This document shows, piece after piece, positions 1 through 7,352 of a stretch of 20,000 nucleotides of DNA. The position numbers were made by a program, and so were the translations under genes. The notes under the pieces are model-generated. The model saw nothing but the letters and a program-made list of their open reading frames with translations, was not told the origin of the DNA and searched no databases. This DNA comes from an uncultured virus (IMG/VR IMGVR_UViG_3300008339_000033) (Duplodnaviria > Heunggongvirae > Uroviricota > Caudoviricetes): IMG/VR virus record IMGVR_UViG_3300008339_000033; one strand, written 5' to 3'. The first letter of the stretch is position 1; the number at the start of each line of letters is the position of its first letter.

Positions 1-337
1 CAGCTGATTTTTGTTGAATTTTAGGATCTTGTTGAACTGAAGTTTCTTCTTCATTACTAGATGTAGCTATAATATCTATTGTTCCTTCAGATAAAGTTTC
101 AATAATAACTTCTTTAATATATTCTTTAAACTTAGATTTAGTCATTTTATTAGATTCATCTAAATTAAAACCTACATTAGCACCAGGAGAAGTTTTAACA
201 AATGATTTATAATGATTATATAATCTAATAACCTTTACAAGATCATCTTTTATTGATTCTAGTTCTTTCATTTGATCAGAATCCTCACCAAATTTTTTAA
301 CCAAATAAGATTTTAAATTTCCGTAATAATCTTTCAT
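1..337 (-). CDS. Hypothetical protein, 3' end outside the window; candidate virion-internal protein
   Basis: Not in the ORF track. Translated by hand from ATG at 337: MKDYYGNLKSYLVKKFGEDSDQ...FNLDESNKMTKSKFKEYIKEVIIETLSEGTIDII..., open to base 1. Preceded by ATATTTATAA (351-360); carries an internal copy of the shared leader motif starting at 145. Confidence 0.85.
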   Translation of the reverse strand, partial: MKDYYGNLKSYLVKKFGEDSDQMKELESIKDDLVKVIRLYNHYKSFVKTSPGANVGFNLDESNKMTKSKFKEYIKEVIIETLSEGTIDIIATSSNEEETSVQQDPKIQQKSA

Positions 338-350
338 ATAAAGTATTTTG

Positions 351-360
351 TTATAAATAT
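351..360 (-). promoter_or_regulatory. Putative phage late-promoter motif ATATTTATAA
   Basis: The same 10-mer or a one-base variant lies just upstream of seven start codons in the window. Confidence 0.6.
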
Positions 361-371
361 ATTAAAAGGAT

Positions 372-396
372 AAAAAAAGCCCACTTATGTGGGCTT
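372..396 (-). terminator. Rho-independent terminator
   Basis: Perfect 8-bp stem AAGCCCAC/GTGGGCTT (377-384, 389-396) with a 4-nt loop, followed on the minus strand by a T run; about 20 nt downstream of the 416..946 stop. Confidence 0.85.
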
Positions 397-415
397 AACT
401 AATAAATATATAAAC

Positions 416-946
416 TTAAATAAAATTTACTGGTAATTTTAATTTAATAGAATTAATACGTTCTTCAGTTGTACCTGAAATGGTATAATATGTATTTTGA
501 TTAATATCCAGTATTTCTCTTATTATATAATCAATATAATTTCTATATTCAACGTCTATGGTACGAACACCATTATCCTCGATTTCAAGACCATCAGGCG
601 CTATATAAAATATATAATCGTATTTTTCAATAAAATTACGAGCATAATTGGTAAAATTAATTTTATCAATAAAACTTATAGATTTAGCCGCTTGAGTAAA
701 AGCCATAACATCAATAACAGTTCTATCTGTTATAATATTAGGTTTCATAAGCTCAGAACAACGTTCAGCCAAAAATATAGTTTGACCTTCAATAGTACTA
801 TCTGTATTTAATGGAATACCTAAATCACGTAAATATTTACTGCGTTCAGTAGCAAACTCATAGTCTTTAAATTCAGGTAACTGTTTGAGAGCATTTACCA
901 ATGTAGTTTTACCTACAGACATTGTACCACAAAATCCTATCTTCAT
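416..946 (-). CDS. P-loop ATPase / nucleotide-kinase-like protein (NadR/AAA_28-type)
   Basis: N-terminal Walker A GTMSVGKTT after the KIGFC strand; IITDRTVID motif; YDYIFY...EDNGVR segment typical of AAA_28/NadR-like kinases. Confidence 0.8.
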   Translation of the reverse strand: MKIGFCGTMSVGKTTLVNALKQLPEFKDYEFATERSKYLRDLGIPLNTDSTIEGQTIFLAERCSELMKPNIITDRTVIDVMAFTQAAKSISFIDKINFTNYARNFIEKYDYIFYIAPDGLEIEDNGVRTIDVEYRNYIDYIIREILDINQNTYYTISGTTEERINSIKLKLPVNFI

Positions 947-961
947 AATTTTTTATTTAAT

Positions 962-1201
962 TTAAAAACGAGCCTTTGCAGAACCACCCTTATACCAAGG
1001 AAGTCCTTCTCTTGATTTTAAACGATCTTTAAACTGTTTTTCAGTGTACCTAATTCCATAAAGATACCATTCTTTAGTACCATCAGGATTAATCAATGCG
1101 GGTCCATCCCAATTATGGATTTTTCCATCCCAAATATACATTTGAGTACCATCGGGTTTAGTGGTTTTTTTAGATTGGGGAAAGGGGGTTTTTTGTTCCA
1201 T
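962..1201 (-). CDS. Small hypothetical protein with one GKxHxxDGPA...GxKEWY unit
   Basis: GKIHNWDGPALINPDGTKEWYLYG resembles a beta-hairpin repeat unit common in phage and giant-virus proteins. Confidence 0.7.
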   Translation of the reverse strand: MEQKTPFPQSKKTTKPDGTQMYIWDGKIHNWDGPALINPDGTKEWYLYGIRYTEKQFKDRLKSREGLPWYKGGSAKARF

Positions 1202-1206
1202 AGTTT

Positions 1207-1386
1207 TTAGTATAGTTCAGGGTGAAAAGTATAAATTTTTCCAGTTTGTACTTCTTCAAGATATATTACTTGTTCGTCTGTCCACTCAATAGTATCAATA
1301 TCTCTCATATCTTGGAGAATAAAGTTTTTGTTGTTAGTGGTTACAATCTCTGATGAACCATCTAAAAATGTTACGTAGAATTGCAT
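1207..1386 (-). CDS. Small acidic hypothetical protein (59 aa)
   Basis: Not in the ORF track. MQFYVTFLDGSSEIVTTNNKNFILQDMRDIDTIEWTDEQVIYLEEVQTGKIYTFHPELY*. Fills the gap exactly, has an A-rich start context and a promoter element directly upstream. Confidence 0.8.
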   Translation of the reverse strand: MQFYVTFLDGSSEIVTTNNKNFILQDMRDIDTIEWTDEQVIYLEEVQTGKIYTFHPELY

Positions 1387-1410
1387 GTTTTTGTGGTTTT
1401 AATTATGACG

Positions 1411-1442
1411 TAAAGATACGAATGGCCTCTTGCGAGGCCAAA
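1411..1442 (-). promoter_or_regulatory. Bacteroidota-type primary-sigma promoter (TTTG-N20-TATCTTTA)
   Basis: Minus strand reads TTTG gcctcgcaagaggccattcg TATCTTTA; matches the -33 TTTG / -7 TAnnTTTG consensus except at the last base. Confidence 0.75.
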
Positions 1443-1473
1443 CGTTTATATTACTTTAATATGACTTTTTTTC

Positions 1474-1713
1474 TTAAGCAACTGTTTCAGATACTTTTTT
1501 ACGGCGAAAAGACATATAATACATAACATCTGCAACTTCATCAGTAATCCTACGACGACCTGCAATCATGTTTGAAATATGAGACGTTGAATACCCAGTA
1601 CGTTCTGAAATGGTATTAATGTCTCCTTGACGAGTACGAGCTTTGTAAAATTGCAAAATTGCTGTACGGTTCATTCTGCGCTTGAGCGACTTTCTACGAT
1701 TTGTGTTTCTCAT
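1474..1713 (-). CDS. Basic helix-turn-helix DNA-binding protein (XRE/Cro-like)
   Basis: INTISERTGYSTSHISNMIAGRRRIT fits the HTH pattern; very Arg/Lys-rich. Confidence 0.7.
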   Translation of the reverse strand: MRNTNRRKSLKRRMNRTAILQFYKARTRQGDINTISERTGYSTSHISNMIAGRRRITDEVADVMYYMSFRRKKVSETVA

Positions 1714-1735
1714 AACATTTATTTTTTAATTTATA

Positions 1736-1767
1736 TAAAGATACGAATGATTTTTTTATAAACCAAC
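1736..1767 (-). promoter_or_regulatory. Bacteroidota-type promoter (GTTG-N20-TATCTTTA)
   Basis: Shares the exact 14-mer CATTCGTATCTTTA with the element at 1411-1424; same spacing to a (G/T)TTG box. Confidence 0.7.
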
Positions 1768-1768
1768 C

Positions 1769-3097
1769 TTAATTTAAAAGACTTTCTGCTACATAGATTC
1801 CTTGCGCACCTGATACTGTAATACCACGAGCACTTAAAGCATCACCTACAAAATGTACATTTGGATATTCAGTTAGTGCTAGATTTGTATAATCAACTAA
1901 TGGTTCAGGAGATAAATATTTTACCTCAGGTATATACATTCCCCAATCATCACCAAATTGAAATACCTCGTTCATTTGGTCAATAAAGTTAAGAATATAA
2001 TCTGCGTATTCACTAAATGCGTCTGTAAACCATGATAATTCAGCAATTTGATAACTATCAACAATATTACTTTCAGATGTTAATGATGGTTTACGTGTTA
2101 AATTAGGTGAATAGTATAAACCGCTTTTTTTAGTTACTGGTAGATCCATTTGACATTTTTTAACTACATCTCTACACCATTCAAATGGATTTTCAATACC
2201 TTTGATTTCCATCAGAATACCAAAATTGGTCATATCGTTTCTAAATTCTTCACCTTTTTTAGCATGACCGTTGTAACTAATATCTCCATATGTTTCCTCT
2301 ACTGCCACATAAGCTGCATTATTGTTAGTGCAGAATGAGCGTAATGATATATTATCAAACTTTTGATATAGTTTAAAATCATAACTAACATCAATTAATT
2401 TTTGAAAATATTTTTGTGGTGCTTCAAAACGTACACCTATTTGTACCGATTTTGGTTCAGTTGGTAGTTTATAATCGTCTGCTAGTTGTTTACCAAAGTC
2501 AATACCTGATTTACCTACCGCAAAGATTAGTTCATCATAAGTAAGACTTTTTACTTTACCCAATTTTATAGGAATATTTGAGTATCCTAAAGTATTTTTA
2601 TTAAAATTAATACTAATAACTTCTGTTTCCCAACTAAATTTAACACCTTTATCAACTAAATAGTCATACCAACGTTTTCCTATTTCGTGTAGATAATCTG
2701 TACCTATATGATATACGGGAAATAAACGGAGACCGAAGTGAGGTTTGATGAAGTCGGGTTCTGCTTGGGGGTTAGAATACATAATTTTAGAGGGATCAGG
2801 ATGAAAACGCTTCCACATTTCAATAGCCTGATCCATTAATTCATATGCTTTGTCTTCACCACAATATTTACTTAATTGGCCACCAATTGCAGTATGATAT
2901 GTTAATTTGCCATCAGAGAATCCTCCAGCTCCTGCGAAACCTGTCATAACTTCCTCAGGTTTACGAGTATAAGGATCTTTACCTTTATCAATTATTGTAA
3001 TAAGTTCACCTGGGTAGTTATTATCTACTAATTTTAGGGCAGCACTAATTCCAGCTACTCCACTTCCTACAATTATAATTTTATTTGTATTTTTCAT
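1769..3097 (-). CDS. NAD(P)/FAD-dependent oxidoreductase (COG2509-like uncharacterised FAD dehydrogenase)
   Basis: Rossmann motif IIIVGSGVAG, GFAGAGGFSDGKL, IGVRFE, RSFCTN, NGHA and C-terminal HFVGDALSARGITVSGAQG. Start moved from 3124 to ATG 3097, which lies 1 nt after the upstream stop. Confidence 0.88.
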   Translation of the reverse strand: MKNTNKIIIVGSGVAGISAALKLVDNNYPGELITIIDKGKDPYTRKPEEVMTGFAGAGGFSDGKLTYHTAIGGQLSKYCGEDKAYELMDQAIEMWKRFHPDPSKIMYSNPQAEPDFIKPHFGLRLFPVYHIGTDYLHEIGKRWYDYLVDKGVKFSWETEVISINFNKNTLGYSNIPIKLGKVKSLTYDELIFAVGKSGIDFGKQLADDYKLPTEPKSVQIGVRFEAPQKYFQKLIDVSYDFKLYQKFDNISLRSFCTNNNAAYVAVEETYGDISYNGHAKKGEEFRNDMTNFGILMEIKGIENPFEWCRDVVKKCQMDLPVTKKSGLYYSPNLTRKPSLTSESNIVDSYQIAELSWFTDAFSEYADYILNFIDQMNEVFQFGDDWGMYIPEVKYLSPEPLVDYTNLALTEYPNVHFVGDALSARGITVSGAQGIYVAESLLN

Positions 3098-3098
3098 A

Positions 3099-3716
3099 TT
3101 ATTTATATTTCCATTTAAATCCAAAGGCAGTTTTTTGTCTTCCTAATATACAATCCTTTATTTGAGACATCAAGTTACTTGTTTTGCCTGTTTGTTCTTT
3201 TATCCATAAAGCTGCTTGACCTTTACTTTCCCATTCTTTAATAATATTACCATTTAAATCACATTGTAAAACAGGTTTAGCTTGTTTACGTTTAGCTATA
3301 CCCATATTTTTTGTATGTTCTTCTGTAAAGGGTTTTGGTTTTCCTTTATTACTTTTACTTATTTTAGTTTTAACTTCATCTGTATAATACTGAGAGTGGT
3401 TTCTTTCTTTTAATGTTTTACTTATTTTTTCCCCAGAACCTGGTCTTGGTTTTCTCATTTTTTGTTTTTGTTCTTCAGTATAGCTTGAAGGACCACCCCC
3501 ACCATTATTTTTATTTTCTAATTTGAATCCCCAACATTTAAACTGCTCTATCCAATAACTTTCCCAAAATTTCCAATCTTCAACTTCATCAATTATTTCT
3601 AATTTAATATTAGTTCCATATGTATTATAATGTTTGTGTTTACGTCTGATTGGATTTTTAGCCTTTCCAACATAAAATGGAACACCATCTCTTTCTAATA
3701 TATAAATTTTAGTCAT
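3099..3716 (-). mobile_element. Free-standing GIY-YIG-type homing endonuclease gene with NUMOD3 and NUMOD1-like DNA-binding modules
   Basis: KIYIL...FYVGKA..R...H, later E and LENKN (GIY-YIG catalytic pattern); three (Y/F)T(E/D)ExxxK(M/I) NUMOD3-like units; C-terminal KPVLQCDLNGNIIKEWES...TAFGFKWKY (NUMOD1/IENR1-like). Confidence 0.85.
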
Positions 3717-3725
3717 ATTATTTTA

Positions 3726-3735
3726 TTATACATAT
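3726..3735 (-). promoter_or_regulatory. Putative late-promoter motif ATATGTATAA
   Basis: Variant of the recurring 10-mer, 9 nt upstream of the endonuclease ATG. Confidence 0.55.
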
Positions 3736-3760
3736 TCTAAAATTCCGTCAGACCATCCCC

Positions 3761-3792
3761 CTAATATACGATTTTTTATTTAATATTCCAAA
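3761..3792 (-). promoter_or_regulatory. Bacteroidota-type promoter (TTTG-N20-TATATTAG)
   Basis: TTTG gaatattaaataaaaaatcg TATATTAG; same spacing and the same TCG before the -7 box as the other three copies. Confidence 0.65.
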
Positions 3793-3794
3793 TT

Positions 3795-3822
3795 AAAAGT
3801 GGCACCCTTTTAGGGGTGCCAC
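3795..3822 (-). terminator. Rho-independent terminator downstream of the 914-aa gene
   Basis: 9-bp stem GTGGCACCC/GGGTGCCAC with a 6-nt loop, followed by TTTTAATTT on the minus strand. Confidence 0.8.
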
Positions 3823-3872
3823 AGCTACCATAATTTATCTCTTGTTAGAGCGACCAGCTATGAATTGGTCTG
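3820..3872 (-). ncRNA. Candidate structured cis-acting RNA (two hairpins plus a possible pseudoknot)
   Basis: GACCA-AUUCAUAGC-UGGUC hairpin, CUCU-AACA-AGAG hairpin, and downstream UAUGG and GCUGUG segments complementary to the first loop. No family recognised. Confidence 0.35.
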
Positions 3873-3876
3873 TATG

Positions 3877-6621
3877 TTATTTTTTAAGTCCTGCAATTTT
3901 TTGCATACGCAAAAATTCTTCAGATTTATTTTCTTTTAAATTATATTTGAAATTTGTTGTACCTGTAGAAGATGTGGTTCCTGAGGGTTTATTTTGAGGT
4001 GTTGTGGATGGGTTTTCTAAATTTTTATCTTTATTATATTCAGTAAATGCATCTCTTATAGCATTTTTTAATTTATTTGAATCTTTTTTTAAATTAGGTC
4101 CTAAAAAAGGAATTATTTCTCTTAATATTATTTGAATAGCACCTTCAGGTGTTTTTATATAACCAAATAAGGTTTTTAAATATCCATCTTTTACAATACT
4201 ATTAACAACATTTTGAGTATCTTTATTATCAATTTCTTGGATTCTATTTCTTAAACCTGTAAAAACAGATTGAATTTTTATATTATCTTGTTTTAAATCT
4301 TTATCAAGAGTATTAAAAATAGCTAATACTAATTCTTTAAATTCATCTTGAGTATCAATTTTAGACATATAATTTTTTAAACTTGTCCTTTGGGATATAG
4401 TGTCACCTATTTTATTAACAGCTGGTAAAGTTTTATTTTTATCTTGAAGTTTATCAAAATAACTTTTTTTAGTTTCACCTTTTCCTAAAAATACATAATT
4501 TCCTCCAGGTTGAGGATTAAATCCTATATCTTTAAGATCATTTTTTTCTTCATCAGATAATTCATCAGTATTTAATATACTTAAAGTATTATCTGCTTCA
4601 GAAGCATACATACTACCTAATAAAGCTAATAGTTGAACTTTTTTATTTTTTACATCATCATCTGATACCCCAAATTCATTAAATATATCATCAATCAGTG
4701 CTTCATTTAAGTAAAGTAATGTTTGATTTTTTATTTCTTGAAGTTTTTGAATTTGAGCTTGTGTGTCTTTACCTGGACGAGTTGATATTGCTTTGGCTCT
4801 AGGTTTTAATGTTACTCCTAAAATTCCTGAATATTTTTTGGTTAAACTATCAGGTGATTTTCTTAGGGTTATAATTAATTTAGCTAATTTTTTAGCTTTA
4901 TCTGATGTTTGATTACCTTTATAATCACCTTTAATAATATTATTTAAAGTAGTATCACTAAGATTAATAATATTTTTTTCACCTAATTCAGAATAAATAT
5001 TAAGTTCAGGACTAGTACGAGATAATACAAATCCTATTTGACCATTTCTATTAAATTTAGAAATATTTTCTACATCCTGTTTTATTTTACTAGGTTCAGG
5101 TGGAGGTATGTCAAGAATAATAGGTTTAGTTTCTTCTTCATCAGATTTAGGTTCATCAGATTTAGGTTTTTCTGGTTTTGGTTTTTCTCTAGGAGTTAAA
5201 TCAGGAGCTAAAAATTGATAATAAAGTAATTTTATTGGATCTCCTTGTTCAGAAGTTTCAATATCACTTTTTATTTTTTGAAATGAAGATTGGGTTTCTA
5301 AATTATCTTGAGCTTTTTGTATTTTTTGATCATCAATACCATCAGTAGTATTAACTTTCTTATATTTTATATTTACATCAAAATCTTCACCATATGTTTT
5401 TTTAATGAGTTTTTCTATTTTTTCACCAGCCGCTTTAGCTACTTTTTCAGATGAATCTAAACGTTTAGCATTTAAATCTCCTCCATCACCAGCTACATTA
5501 CTATCATCTCCTTGATTATGAGATACAGAAGAACCATAATCTATTTCTAAATCAATTTTAGATAATTTTTGACCTTTATTATCTTTAAATTTATTATTTA
5601 AGTCTTCTATTGTTTTTTTAACTAATTCATCTGATGCTTTATTTACATCATCTTCAGATAAATCTCCTTCACCAGTATCATATGTTTGAGCAGTAGTCGC
5701 ATTACTATCATCATCTGAAAAATCGATACCTTGAGTATCAACATTATTATTTTCAAGATTTTTTACTACTTGATCAGAATCTACAGTAATATCAACATCA
5801 CCCCCAGAAATTGGTTTAATAACTTCATCAGCATTTTGATCAAAATCTGAATCTTGGGATAAATCTAATACTCCTTGAATATCTTTATCAGCTAAAGCTC
5901 CACTAGGACCATATTCTCCTTCTACTGCTATATCGGCTGCTAAAGCTATAGTAGGAGCTGCTACTCCTTGTAATACAGAGGCCGCAGCTAAAATAGGCAT
6001 AAAAGTTTTAAAACCTTTAAGTAATCCTGGGAATTTTTTTCTTAGAAATTTTAAAACTCCTCCTTCTTGCGAATTGTCTGTGTATTTTTTATTTCTTAAT
6101 GAAACTATAGTAGGAGGAATTGATGCATCTTCAAGAGAATACCCTGACAATACTGTGTATGCTACTCCTGGTTGGAGACCTTGTTTCTTTTTTGATTTTT
6201 CATCAGCATTGATAAGTATTCCTTCATATTCAGCATCTGGAAGAGAATCTCCATCCCATTTAAATATATCTCCTGGTTCTAATTGATTTAATTGAGATAA
6301 TTCAGTAAATGAACCTTTATCTGCTTCTGATAAAGGTTTATTAGGTGTAATAATACTTTGAAAAGCTCTTAAAAAATCTTTAGAACTTTTAAAAACTTTT
6401 AATTTATTTAATTCTTTAAAAACTTCTTTAGGAGAATAACCAGCTTGTTTTATATCATCAAGAACATTTTTTATAAATTCTTTAGATTCAGGTTGAAGTT
6501 TTTGATAATTTTGTTGAATTTTATTATCTCCAGCAAATTCTAATAATATATCATTAGATTTAAATTCAATTCCTGCTAATTGTTGCATACGCAGAAATTC
6601 ACCATTTAAAGACTTCTCCAT
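3877..6621 (-). CDS. Large hypothetical protein (914 aa); candidate virion-internal/ejection protein with a hydrophobic segment and an OmpA-C-like region
   Basis: Long ORF; EFLRMQxxAG at both termini; hydrophobic FMPILAAASVLQGVAAPTIALAA; acidic region containing YDTGEGDLS...LNAKRL; late motif upstream. Confidence 0.8.
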   Translation of the reverse strand: MEKSLNGEFLRMQQLAGIEFKSNDILLEFAGDNKIQQNYQKLQPESKEFIKNVLDDIKQAGYSPKEVFKELNKLKVFKSSKDFLRAFQSIITPNKPLSEADKGSFTELSQLNQLEPGDIFKWDGDSLPDAEYEGILINADEKSKKKQGLQPGVAYTVLSGYSLEDASIPPTIVSLRNKKYTDNSQEGGVLKFLRKKFPGLLKGFKTFMPILAAASVLQGVAAPTIALAADIAVEGEYGPSGALADKDIQGVLDLSQDSDFDQNADEVIKPISGGDVDITVDSDQVVKNLENNNVDTQGIDFSDDDSNATTAQTYDTGEGDLSEDDVNKASDELVKKTIEDLNNKFKDNKGQKLSKIDLEIDYGSSVSHNQGDDSNVAGDGGDLNAKRLDSSEKVAKAAGEKIEKLIKKTYGEDFDVNIKYKKVNTTDGIDDQKIQKAQDNLETQSSFQKIKSDIETSEQGDPIKLLYYQFLAPDLTPREKPKPEKPKSDEPKSDEEETKPIILDIPPPEPSKIKQDVENISKFNRNGQIGFVLSRTSPELNIYSELGEKNIINLSDTTLNNIIKGDYKGNQTSDKAKKLAKLIITLRKSPDSLTKKYSGILGVTLKPRAKAISTRPGKDTQAQIQKLQEIKNQTLLYLNEALIDDIFNEFGVSDDDVKNKKVQLLALLGSMYASEADNTLSILNTDELSDEEKNDLKDIGFNPQPGGNYVFLGKGETKKSYFDKLQDKNKTLPAVNKIGDTISQRTSLKNYMSKIDTQDEFKELVLAIFNTLDKDLKQDNIKIQSVFTGLRNRIQEIDNKDTQNVVNSIVKDGYLKTLFGYIKTPEGAIQIILREIIPFLGPNLKKDSNKLKNAIRDAFTEYNKDKNLENPSTTPQNKPSGTTSSTGTTNFKYNLKENKSEEFLRMQKIAGLKK
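5137..5166. repeat. 15-bp perfect tandem duplication within the CDS (PKSDE x2)
   Basis: ttcatcagatttagg occurs at 5137-5151 and 5152-5166, in a Pro/Lys/Glu linker. Confidence 0.9.
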
Positions 6622-6634
6622 TATACTATTTTAT

Positions 6635-6644
6635 TTATACATAT
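6635..6644 (-). promoter_or_regulatory. Putative late-promoter motif ATATGTATAA
   Basis: Recurring motif upstream of ATG 6621. Confidence 0.55.
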
Positions 6645-7117
6645 TAACAAATCCATAAAGGTTTTTTGTCGGGTATTTTTTTCCACCCTAAACCCTTAAC
6701 AGCTATTTTATCGTTAATATAAAAGTTTCTATATCCTTCAATTACATCTGATTTTCTAAACTCCTCAGGCATACATTGAGGTGGTGGGGTAAAACCATTA
6801 TCAGGTAAATTAGGTTTATTATATTGTAACCAAACTAATATTTTTTTAGTGGCATGTTCTTTACCATATCGTAACTCAAATTCATTACATATTTCTAAGC
6901 CATGCTGTACCAACCAATCATAATGTTGTATTGATTCACGTACCCATTTTGTTGAAGGGTGATTAACATGAGCACGTTTATATGGGGCAGATGAACCAAT
7001 TTCCCAATGTGCTGTACAACACATTTGTGCTGATTCAATTTGCATTTTACGAATATGATCGTCTGCTAGTTGTTGTGCGGCCTTAATAGGGTCAGCATCA
7101 ATATAAAATATGTTCAT
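6644..7117 (-). CDS. Pyrimidine-dimer DNA glycosylase / endonuclease V family protein
   Basis: MNIFY.D.DP..AA....D.H..KM..ESAQM, YK.AH.NHPS..W.R.S, WL..HG...C.E...RYGK.H. Start set at ATG 7117 (MNIFY), downstream of a promoter element. Confidence 0.85.
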   Translation of the reverse strand: MNIFYIDADPIKAAQQLADDHIRKMQIESAQMCCTAHWEIGSSAPYKRAHVNHPSTKWVRESIQHYDWLVQHGLEICNEFELRYGKEHATKKILVWLQYNKPNLPDNGFTPPPQCMPEEFRKSDVIEGYRNFYINDKIAVKGLGWKKIPDKKPLWIC

Positions 7118-7129
7118 ATGTTTTTTTGG

Positions 7130-7161
7130 TAAATATACGAACAAATTTTTTGAATCCCAAA
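7130..7161 (-). promoter_or_regulatory. Bacteroidota-type promoter (TTTG-N20-TATATTTA)
   Basis: TTTG ggattcaaaaaatttgttcg TATATTTA immediately upstream of the glycosylase gene. Confidence 0.75.
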
Positions 7162-7163
7162 TT

Positions 7164-7352
7164 TTAACCCATAGAATCTTGAATCATTTCAATCTTTGAA
7201 ACTATAGATTCAAGTTCAGATCTCATTTCTGGGTGTTGTTTCTGTATTGCTCTTATATCTAAAATTAGATCTGATAGTTGGTCTAATGGACTTTCTGTTA
7301 GTCTTTTTTTAAGAGCCTCTTTAATTAGTTTGGTGATAAGTTGATTTTTCAT
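7164..7352 (-). CDS. Small hypothetical protein with the shared leader (LIKEALKKRLTE)
   Basis: TAATG coupling with the upstream ORF; leader motif; helical pattern. Confidence 0.75.
   Translation of the reverse strand: MKNQLITKLIKEALKKRLTESPLDQLSDLILDIRAIQKQHPEMRSELESIVSKIEMIQDSMG

Noticed and set aside
3098..3124. Tracked upstream start of the oxidoreductase (similarly 7144 for the glycosylase, 7784 for the cupin and 19767 for the last gene)
   Set aside because: Better-coupled ATGs exist at 3097, 7117 and 7760. The last gene is open past the window edge, so 19767 is an internal Met.
3820..3872. SAM-II riboswitch (GAUAAAU..GUAGCU resemblance)
   Set aside because: The 5' half and stem arrangement do not fit SAM-II; kept only as an unassigned structured RNA candidate.
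3099..3876. Group I intron around the homing endonuclease
   Set aside because: The oxidoreductase is intact downstream, the 914-aa gene ends with its own terminal motif and terminator, and there is no room or recognisable P/Q/R/S core.
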